Assembly (NCBI GenBank): GCA_964016885.1
Contig: OZ024740.1
Coordinates: forward strand, 369,706,001-369,770,000
Length of the DNA stretch: 64,000 bases
Direction of reading: 5' to 3'
From: Eledone cirrhosa
Taxonomy: Eukaryota
Made by a program: the position numbers and the translations under genes
Notes under the pieces: generated by a model
Database searches by the model: none
Told to the model about the DNA's origin: nothing
What the model saw: only the letters and a program-made list of their open reading frames with translations
In this document: positions 54,480 through 64,000 of the stretch, one piece after another
Layout of the letters: each line of letters starts with the position of its first letter
How positions within the stretch are numbered: the stretch's first letter is position 1

Positions 54480-56060
54480 TTAGAATAGATTTGAATTTCT
54501 TCGGCATTCTTTTGTATTAAATATCCCCATTCATTTCTTCTTTCCATTTCAACCATATTGCATTTGCACAGGCACTCATTGCCTTCTCTGCACTTCTAAT
54601 TTCCCTTACGACCATACCAATCTCTGGAAATCATCAACCTATTTTAATATGATGTTAGTGCTGTCAACCACACTGATTTCTTTTTGTACAGCCCATCACT
54701 TTCAGCAAAATTCCAACCAATTTTGCTGCAAATCCTCTACTGTTCCTCCCATAATTCCTCGCAAAAAGTAATTCCCAATGCACTTCTCTTCTGCAGGGCT
54801 CAGTTATCGTATCCAGAATCACAACTAACAGGAAGGCTCATTACAGATCATTGATGCAGTCCTATATCTACTCTGTATGGATCTGTCTCACCATGTGGTT
54901 TCCTCACTACTGTTTGTCTATTCCTGTAGGATGCTTTAATCTGATTGATCAAGCTCTCTGGGATATTTCATTTCCCGAGCTACCTGTATACTAGCTCTCA
55001 TGATCCCTCTCCCTAAACTTTTCTTGCATAATTTTTACAACAAAGACGGTGTCAGATGTACCCTTTCCACTTGCAAAACTAAACTTCCAGTCATTAAAAT
55101 GTATTTCTTTTCTCCACGGCTAGTCTAGTACATGTTCCAGTACTTTTATTAGCTTTATTCCCCTGTATTTGCCACATTCAAGTAAGTTGGTTGGGTTTCC
55201 CTCCTGCTTGTAGATGGAGTCTACCTCGCATTGTTTTCTGTCTGTTGACATCTTTTCAGCCAAAGATATTTCTTCTAAAAGACTGTATACTATCTTACTA
55301 ACAAAATTGTCCAATGCTTTCAAAAAGCCAATACTGATCTCTGAGCACCGAGACGCTTTACTGCAATTCATTGTCTCTTTGATGCCTATTAATCTTGTTA
55401 TTCATTTAACTGGTCGTAGCTTATTTAAAGTTTCCTTTTCATTCTCAACATTATCAAAGTTTCTAAAATACTCTTTCCGCCATTGAGTGATATTGTCTTG
55501 GAGTGTAATGTATGTCCCCCTCTCCTCATCGATATTCACGTTTCCTGATCTGATATTTTACACTTGAGCTCTTTAATTTGTTATTCAATAAATTAAGGTT
55601 TCACCTTCTTTGCGTTGAGTTTGTTAACTACATTCCACTTCGATGTTGCCACTTCCCTAATTGCATATTTAGTTGTAGATTTGTATTCTTTCTATATTTT
55701 TCTAAGGTTGTTTCTGTCTTTCTGCCATGTTTTTATATCTCGTTTCTTGATTTAAGCTTAGATTTTATTTCCTCAAATCACCACCATATATTTTTTGTAC
55801 ATTTTTCTTCCAGGTTTCGTTTTACCACAAACCTTTTCAACTGATTCCATATGATCTCCAAAAGTGTTTACATTTTCACACAATGCCTTGTATTTGGTCG
55901 TAGATTCTGTTAGAAATATTTCTTTGAAGTTCTTTCTACACTCATTTTCCTTTAGGTTCCATGTTTTCATCTCCGAATTATAATGGATCTTGCATTATAT
56001 CTCTATGCTCAACTTCAATTCGGCACGACCAGGTGGTGCTGGGAAACTACTTCTTTATCA
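54480..56060 (-). mobile_element. Old RTE LINE, heavily decayed
   Basis: KTWNLKE..KVCGKTK, ECGKYRGIKLIKVLEHVLD and further RT remnants. Confidence 0.75.
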
Positions 56061-56119
56061 TTTCGCCACCCGCTTGTTTTTTAAGGAATGATTTATTCAC
56101 TATAACCAGCCTTGCGGAA

Positions 56120-56300
56120 AGTGCGTTATAATAATTCAGATACGCATTGAAGGTGGATAGAGCCTGGAGAGTCTAAGGGATGCATTTCCAACTATGGAGT
56201 TGATGATATTTCAGGGTGTCTTGAGTACAGATAAATATAATTAGATTTCTGTTGTTCTTATGGAAGGGTGCGAATAGGATCAATTTGAGGTCTAACGTCA
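56120..56300 (-). mobile_element. Penelope-like element RT C-terminal remnant
   Basis: Minus strand reads KSNYIYLYSRHPEI/INSIVGNASLRLSRL (one frameshift), like the PLE Y..S.HP.....RL.RLS thumb motif. Confidence 0.55.
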
Positions 56301-56474
56301 TGTCTAAGAATTTAGATAATATAAAATTATGGTCGAAATATATTTTAAGACCTGAGTATTTTAAGAAGGATATAGCTTTCCTTATTCTTACAATTCTTGA
56401 CCGTTGCAGTTCTTGACAAGTATAAGAGAATCCTATCTTTCTCTGTCTCTCACTCTCACTCTCTCTCTCCCTCA

Positions 56475-56530
<56 letters not shown>

Positions 56531-56585
56531 AAATAAAATGATTAAGTCAAATATTTAAAATGTGGCTTCGTTTGTCAAAGGTGTA

Positions 56586-56638
56586 CTGCTATATATATTT
56601 CGGTGACAGCCATCCTTGGCTGTGACCTCTTCAGGCAG
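56586..56638 (-). ncRNA. Minimal type I hammerhead ribozyme
   Basis: CTGC-CTGAAGA-GGTCACAGCCA AGGA TGGCTGTCACC-GAAA-TATATA-TA-GCAG; core intact, palindromic stem III. Confidence 0.85.
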
Positions 56639-56878
56639 ACCGAATTGGTGGGCTAGAGACGGGTACACATGTTGAAGTGTTTAACTCCGTCAATACTCCG
56701 ATATGTCCAGTTCCTGGTTGGGTTGTTATTTCTCTGAGGAACTGGAATTTAACAAACAAAGCCAAATTGTAAATATTTGACTTAATTATTTTATTTTACA
56801 TTACTCCAGAGTAACCAAACCAACCTGCGCACTATGTCGGTAAACAACCAACATATACTCAAAATGTTTATATATATA

Positions 56879-56926
<48 letters not shown>

Positions 56927-57197
56927 TTATACATACATATATATATATATATGTATATGTATACATACATATACATATATATAAATACACACATATATAT
57001 AGATACATATATATATATATATAAATATATATAATATTATTTATAGTTATGTATACACTATATAAAACTATAAACAGGAAAGATCAGCAATTTATTACTA
57101 CCTTATTATCAGTAAGAAAAAGTAAATCTGTAAAACATGAGATGTTTTACAGACCCGGAATATAAATTACACAATAATCAAAGCTATGTTCAAATCA

Positions 57198-57257
57198 TGT
57201 TATTGCTGACAATCGTTTCTTCCAAACTATCGTTTGCAATCATCTGAGCAGTAGCAC
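57198..57257 (-). ncRNA. Hammerhead ribozyme motif, second family, core U4 changed to A
   Basis: TGCT-CAGATGA-TTGCAAAC GATA GTTTGGAA-GAAA-CGATTG-TC-AGCA. Confidence 0.6.
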
Positions 57258-58071
57258 TGTTTGTATATATAATTAACCTCCTATTCAACTGAACAATGAT
57301 ATAGATACATGGATATTAATGTTGTCAACAGTTTCGTATTTATAAGGTGAAATCAATAGATTACAAGAGAATTGGACAATAATTAAAATTACAAATTACA
57401 AATTAAAAATTAAAAATTAAAAATTATAAAGGTACAGAGTGGAATGCAAGCGACAGAGATTATAAGGGAATAGTATAACAATTAAAGAGGCATTAAGGTA
57501 GAAAGTTACTCGTAAAACGAGGACACTAGCAGTACATATGCAAGCGTTAAGAGAGTGCATATGTATTAGTCATATATAGGAAAAAAACAAGCAATGGTAT
57601 TAGGCATATATAATGTTTGCAAGGAAAAGGTATCACATGAAATAAGCATATCAGGCAAAGCTGTTTTTGTATTAAAACTATGGCTTGATGGTGGATGTAG
57701 TGTGACTGTTGTTTCTGTAATGTTCAAATGTATATGTACTGAGAGTATCAATGTTATTGTTATATTTTCCATTACATTGGCTATGTTTTATTTTAATGAA
57801 TGTTTTTAATCAGTTACAGCCATGTACACCGCTCCTATTATATTGCTATCAGAGTTTCAAGTTTCTGTGGAGTGGTTTTACTAAGGGTTTAATTTCCGAA
57901 AGTGAGTTTGATCTATATTAAGCGGAGCTAATAGGACAGGGGATGTAACTAGCGATGACATTGTATATGATAGAAATTAGAAAAATAAAAAAAATGTAGA
58001 GTTGTTTACAGCTCCAATCTGCTAAAAACTCTGTGTTGATATACATTATATTACAAATGAATCCCTTTTAT

Positions 58072-58262
58072 ATAATTGTTTCTACTTTTTGGCACACGGC
58101 CAGCAATTACTCAGTGCATTACTGGTACTTTATTTTATCGACCCCGTAAGGATGAAAGGCACATTTAACCTCGGCAGGATTTGAACTCAGAATGGCAAGG
58201 GCCGTAACTCTATGCGTCAAAGCATGGCGTCCGACCCTCTACCGATACTGCCAATCCACAGC
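58072..58262 (-). mobile_element. SINE family 1
   Basis: Full reverse-complement copy; TTATATAAT on both sides. Confidence 0.92.
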
Positions 58263-59234
58263 CATCTTATATAATGCTATTAGTTTATATTTAATTTTGA
58301 ATAGAATCTGTTTTCCTATAATTCATTAAAGATCTCATTATATTGTTATCTATTCATTACTTAATAAATTATAAGAAAGTTATAGGAAAAAAAATGTATA
58401 GTTTTTTACAGATCTAGAGATTTAACTAATTAGACCTGTAAACAACTCTACATTTTTCTAATTTTTCTAATTCCTATCATATACAATATAATCGCTAGTT
58501 ACCTCCCCTTTCCTATTAGCTCCGCTTAATATAGATCAAACTCACTTCCGGAAATTAAACCCTTAGTAAAACCACTCCACAGAAACTTGAAACTCTGATA
58601 GCAATATAATAGGAGCGGTGTACATGGCTGTAACTGATTAAAAACATTCATTAAAATAAAACATAGCCAATGTAATGGAAAAGATAACAATAACATTGAT
58701 ACTCTCAGCACATATACATTTGAACATTACAGAAACAACAGTCACACTACATCCACCATCAAGCCATAGTTTTAATACAAAAACAGCTCTGCCTGATATG
58801 CTTATTTCATGTGATACCTTTTCCTTGCAAAAAATTATTTATACCTAATACCATTGCTTGTTTTTTTCCTATATAATGCATTTGAACTCGATTAACGCTT
58901 GCATATGTATTGCTAGTGTCCTCGTTTTACGAGTAACTTTCTACCTTAATGCCTCTTTAATTGTTATACTATTCCCTTATAATCTCTGTCGCTTGCATTC
59001 CACTCTGTACCTTTATAATTTTTAATTTTTAATTTTTAATTTTTAATTTTTAATTTTTAATTTTTAATTTTTAATTTTTAATTTGTAATTTGTAATTTTA
59101 ATTATTGTCCAATTCTCTTGTAATCTATGTCGCATTGATTTCACCTTATAAATACGAAACTGTTGACAACATTAATATCCATGTATCTATATCATTGTTC
59201 AGTTGAATAGGAGGTTAATTATATGTACAAACAT

Positions 59235-59293
59235 TGCTACTGCTCCGATGATTGCAAACGATAGTTTGGAAGAAATGATTGTCAGCAATAAAA
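59235..59293 (+). ncRNA. Hammerhead ribozyme motif, second family, core U4 changed to C
   Basis: TGCT-CCGATGA-TTGCAAAC GATA GTTTGGAA-GAAA-TGATTG-TC-AGCA. Confidence 0.6.
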
Positions 59294-59497
59294 TGATTTG
59301 AACATAGCTTTTATTATTGTGTAATTTATATATATATATATAAATATTGAGTATATGTTGGTTGTTTACCGACACCTCAGTATGTAGATTTGAGCACTCG
59401 ACGAAGTACGGTGGTTGGTTTGTTTACTCTGGAGTAATGTAAAATATTTAAGACAAATATGTATAATTTGGCTTCGTTTATTATCAATTATAGATAT

Positions 59498-59552
59498 ACT
59501 GCTATGTATATTTCGGTGACAGCTATACCTGGCTGTGACCTCTTCAGGCAGT
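59498..59552 (-). ncRNA. Minimal type I hammerhead ribozyme
   Basis: ACTGC-CTGAAGA-GGTCACAGC..GCTGTCACC-GAAA-TATACA-TA-GCAGT. Confidence 0.85.
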
Positions 59553-59786
59553 CCGAATTGGTGTGTGAAAGACAGGTACACATGTTGTCGAAGTGTGTTT
59601 TACTCCGTCAATACATCGATATATCCAGCCCCTGGTTGTTTTGATATTCTTCTGAGGAACTGGAACCATATGATTCCAATTCCTCAGAGAAATAACAACA
59701 CAACCAGGAGCTGGACATATCTATGTATTGAGGGAGTAAATCACACTTCCACAACATGTGTACCTGTCTTTCCCACACCAATTCGG

Positions 59787-59841
59787 ACTGCCTGAAGAGG
59801 TCACAGCCAGGGATGGCTGTCACCGAAATATATATAGTAGT
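59787..59841 (+). ncRNA. Minimal type I hammerhead ribozyme
   Basis: ACTGC-CTGAAGA-GGTCACAGCCA GGGA TGGCTGTCACC-GAAA-TATATA-TA-GTAGT. Confidence 0.85.
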
Positions 59842-59942
59842 ATATTTATAATTTATAATAAACGAAGCCAAATTTTACATATTTGTCTTAATTATTTTAT
59901 ATATATATATATTTGAAGCAGATTCATTAACTTCTTATCATT

Positions 59943-60320
59943 ATTGGCAGTATCGGTAGAGGGTCGGACGCCATGCTTTCCAGCATAGTTACGTCCCTTT
60001 ACGATCTGAGTTCAAATCCCGCCGAGGTTGACTTTGCCTTTCATCCTTACGGGGTCGATAGAATAAAGTACCAGTAATGCACTGGGTAATTGCTGGCCTT
60101 GTGCCAAAAGTAGAAACAATTATTATTTACCTTCCAAAAGGGCGGTGAATTGGCAATATCAGTAGAGTGTCAGACACCATGCTTTACAGCACAGAGTTAT
60201 GGCTCTTTAGGTTCAAATCTGTGTTCAAATCCACCGAAGTTGACTTTGCCTTTCATCCTTCCGGGGTTGATAAAATAAAATACATGTAATGCACTGAGAA
60301 AGTAGAAACATTTACTATTT
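59943..60320 (+). mobile_element. Two tandem SINE family 1 copies (59943-60127 and 60140-60320)
   Basis: Each has A box, B box, core and tail. Confidence 0.9.
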
Positions 60321-60581
60321 ACCTTCCTCGATAAATATTTGCTTACTAAAACCTTTTTGTATCTATTCACCTTAAATATTAATTGAAATGTCTTTCTTAA
60401 GATCCTTAATTGTGATGAAAGCATTACTTTCTCATAATTCTTGTAATTTAATGTCATATGCTTATCCTCTTTACTAATATTTGTATAGATTTCTACTACT
60501 GTTGCTCATTGTAAGCTCATTGGTAATGTATTGCATATGTCTGATCAGATTTGTTAATCTCAGAAGCGTTAGGCTAATATT

Positions 60582-62484
60582 TATAGCGAAGATACTGGGT
60601 TGTATGAATGTAACAAGGAATACATTGTTTGTGTAGATAATATTTAATTAACAATGGTAGATAATATAGTTGTCATGTCAAAGAAATAGATGATAGAATG
60701 AAACAAAGTTAGTCGTTACCGTTTTGATTGCCAGGCAAACGCGGCTGGCAGAGGACGCCTGGCTAAGGCCAGGCGCCGGAAGGCCAAATGAGAGAATGAG
60801 AACTTAAAGTTGTTAGTTTTATAGGGTTCTGACCGGAAGTTACAGAAAGGGTTCTACTTCCCGTCTAGATGTTAATCCAAACAAGGGAGACAACCGCCAC
60901 ATAACCTCCCGCCAGAATTTTAGGATATAAAAATCGAATGAAAATATGTAGCAAGTTGGCGAGAATGTTGTAACAGGCATGAAAATTACGACAAAAGAAT
61001 GTTTGCAAAAATCAATGATAGATATCAAGGTAGCCAACCGCTCTTGGCCAGAGAACGACTGGACATCTATATATCCATCACCCAAAGATACAATGTAATA
61101 AAGTAAGAGAAGGGCTCAAAGTTCAAATGTACAAAATATAGTTCACAGGTGTGCAATCACATGATAGCAGGAAAGAAAGTGTGTTCCAGAGAATGAATGC
61201 AGGTGGTTTCTGTTCTGTGGTATATCGTGAAATTTCCAACCTCCGAATGGATTTTCTCACAGGAAGAGTGCTGCAAAAATAAATTCTCTGGCTTTGGTTG
61301 TTGGTGAAGCTGTGTTGATGTTGTTGTCTCGCTGAGTGAGCGTATTCGGTGTTTAAATTCACAGTAAAAAAATTTTTTTCAGAAAAAATGAGTTGCGCAA
61401 AGTGCTAGAAATAGCAGCCGAAGTTGATGGTCGATGTTGAGAATGCGTTGACCTGGAAGGGTCAAGAGGCCAGCGACCAAAGAAATAAGCATTCTGAATA
61501 AATGCGCAGTTTTCAACGGCAAATTTACGTAGTAAATTTTTAAACCGGCAAATAGGAGAATATAGCTTAAAGCTGAAGAATCCTTGGCGAGAAACGTTAT
61601 CTCTGGCGTGCGGCTATCTCTGTGAGTCGAGAATTTGTGCTGCCTACACGTGCCAATACAAGGTTGAAAAAATAATATTTCTAACGCGCGAGCAAATGAT
61701 AGTGCAAGTGTGAAAGTGACAATGATGAAAAAGAAAGGCTTCACTCAGCATAATTATTAGTGTGAACTTTGGAAAAAAAACAAAAAACTTGAACGATGAA
61801 GAAAACGATGAAAAAAAAGGCAATGGTTCATCGAAAATAAATGTTCCTTTTTTAAAGAATATCAAATTTCTTTTTTTTTTGTTTTTTGAAAGTGTTCGTT
61901 GTAAGAAACGAGAAACATATATATATATAGTGAAATGCGACAGTTAGTTGATGCGTGAGTGAAAAAGTCTGTCTGTGCGAAAATTTCACATGTGCGTGGT
62001 GTGTTCGTTTCTTTTACTGAGTATTTTCATAGTTTGTCAATAAATTTGCTGTGTATTCGTAATGCTACTCACACAACACCAGATTCCGCCATTTTTTTCT
62101 TTTTTGGGGGTGACCACTTATAGCGATGAACGGCTGCGTGTTCGTATCACGTCAGGGTTACCAATATTGCGGGAGTACTGGGTTGTATGAATGTAACAAG
62201 GAATACATTGTTTGTGTAGATAATATTTAATTAACAATGGTAGATAGTATAGTTGTCATGTCAAAGAAATAGATGATAGAATGAAACAAAGTTAGTCGTT
62301 ACCGTTTTGATTGCCAGGCAAACGCGGCTGGCAGAGGACGCCTGGCTAAGGCCAGGCGCCGGAAGGCCAAATGAGAGAATGAGAACTTAAAGTTGTTAGT
62401 TTTATAGGGTTCTGACCGGAAGTTACAGAAAGGGTTCTACTTCCCGTCTAGATGTTAATCCAAACAAGGGAGACAACCGCTACA
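60582..62484 (-). mobile_element. Non-autonomous Gypsy-type LTR retrotransposon (CsRn1-like signals)
   Basis: 320-bp LTRs at 62165-62484 and 60582-60901; minus-strand start TGTAGCGG; TATT 4-bp TSD (60578-60581 and 62485-62488); tRNA-Trp PBS at 62132-62163; PPT-like CTGGCGGGAGGTTA at 60902-60915; no gag/pol recognised in the 1.26-kb interior. Confidence 0.9.
62132..62163 (-). promoter_or_regulatory. Extended tRNA-Trp primer-binding site
   Basis: Plus strand GGCTGCGTGTTCGTATCACGTCAGGGTTACCA matches the 3' part of animal tRNA-Trp (..GGCTGCGTGTTCGAATCACGTCGGGGTCACCA, recalled consensus) including CCA. Confidence 0.85.
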
Positions 62485-62564
62485 TATTTATTTATATTTT
62501 CAAAACATTGAGTGTTCTTCCTGTTGTTATATAGGACGTGATTACACACACATATATATGTGTT

Positions 62565-62735
<171 letters not shown>

Positions 62736-63599
62736 TAATCGTTAAGTCAGAAGGTACAATATTGTATTTATTCATTGTAGGTTTTCCTGTTATACCAGCA
62801 TGGGGCTGTGGTACAAATAGTAAAACAGTGATCTGCATGAGGGTCTAGACAAGAACTATTATTAAAATATGTAATGGTATTGTGGACGGTTTTCCTAAAT
62901 TAAAAGGAATGAAACATTAATTCCAGTAAGAGTAGCTCATCAAAGACAACTAATTACAAATAATTTACCAGTGGAAGAAATGAGCGATGTAGTAAACAAT
63001 AACGTTTAAATATAATAGGGTAAAGCGTACAGTTATTGAAGACTATCGTAGTGAGCAAAATTTATAAATGATAAAGTATACAAACACATTAAGTAAAGAC
63101 ATTTTACTAACTCTAATATATAGTTACAAAGGATAACATACACTAAAATAGAGCTAAATTGATACTAATGGGAATGATAAAGCCTAATATCACTTCGTAA
63201 GTGAATTTATAAAAAATATGTTTAGAATATATAAAAGGAAAGTTAACATTAGGGAAGCATAAAACATCATTAAATATATCTATAAAAATATTAATGTTCA
63301 GTGAATTAAGAAATTTCACTGACTAAATTAGATTAGTACAGAGATAATCTACATTAAAAATATGGCTGGGGAACGAATATCATGTTTCGGGATAGTTTAA
63401 TATAATGGTAATGTATAAAAAGTATATGATACAAATTCTCTAATTATGAATAAGAATATATAAACAAGGGTGTAATAGGTCTAATTAATCTGGCTCGAAG
63501 AAAGAAAATGTCCTATGTGGATAACGAGGAAAGATATATTTCGAATTGAGAAGGATATTTTTAAAGTAATTATTTCTAGCGCATCTAACGTTTATACAG

Positions 63600-64000
63600 A
63601 GACAGGCCTGGTGGGTGGGCGGAGTCTTTTGAAAGGCATAGGGCCTCTTATTATCCCCCTCCGCCTTCCATCCAGGGCTTGTTGTGCTCGTCCGGGAGTT
63701 CACTTGACCGTTGGTACAAAGGCGGAGAGCGTCAAGGACGAACTCAGTCGTCCTAGCGGCACCAGAGTGCATCCTATGAGATTCTTGTTCTCGCCTGAAA
63801 TTATTCTTGTTATCTGAGGCCCCACATAACTGTGCCAGGTCGTAGACCATGGTTTTACGGAATTTAAGCGATTCAATTATTTCTTTGGCTTTATGACCGA
63901 CGCGAAGTCTCTCTACAACAACAGCTCGACGATCGGATTCTGAAAACATGTCGATTACTAAGCAACTCGTGCGCCAATAGCCAGACATCTACTTGGTGTA
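63600..64000 (-). mobile_element. Tc1/mariner (maT-like) transposase remnant, internally deleted
   Basis: HTH-like MFSESDRRAVVVERLRVGHKAKEIIESLKFRKTMVYDL joined to PWM..RPYAFQ.DSAP.H (frameshifted). Confidence 0.7.

Larger units (their letters stand above)
57161..59330. repeat. Long inverted repeat (arms 57161-58011 and 58436-59330) with a SINE in the spacer
   Basis: Arms are reverse complements over about 850 bp with scattered mismatches and a (TTTTTAA)n length difference. Confidence 0.95.
59443..59898. repeat. About 455-bp palindromic unit carrying two divergent hammerheads
   Basis: Arms meet at ctgaggaactggaa-ccatatga-ttccaattcctcag; homologous to 56535-56790. Confidence 0.92.

Noticed and set aside
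61123-61947. Short ORFs inside the LTR element as gag or env
   Set aside because: No zinc knuckle, protease, RT or integrase motifs; low-complexity F/K-rich translations.

Overview
AT-rich, microsatellite-dense animal DNA. The repeat content (tRNA-headed SINEs, RTE LINE with a (GAT)n tail, long TA/GT tracts) resembles an octopus/cephalopod genome; that attribution is inference. No intact host protein-coding gene is supported, and most ORF-track entries are translated microsatellites or antisense shadows of transposon ORFs. Contents: (1) a decayed Helitron with both termini (2776-9512); (2) a near-complete RTE LINE with a PHD finger inserted in its RT (about 19.3-23.05 kb); (3) a 20-kb nest (23.6-43.8 kb) built on (ATT)n tracts, where two families of R4/Dong-like restriction-like-endonuclease LINEs all lie on the minus strand, Tx1/L1-clade LINE pieces lie on the plus strand, and a SINE family has a 3' tail resembling the Tx1 tail; (4) several fold-back palindromes in or near TA tracts, including a nested 3.4-kb inverted-repeat locus with five minimal type I hammerhead ribozyme motifs next to a Penelope RT remnant; (5) a non-autonomous LTR element (60582-62484) with a doubled, over-long tRNA-Trp primer-binding site that mismatches exactly at tRNA position 58; (6) a piggyBac-type MITE, a Tc1/mariner remnant and several old RTE fragments. 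All calls come from reading the sequence by eye; no database search or folding program was run.
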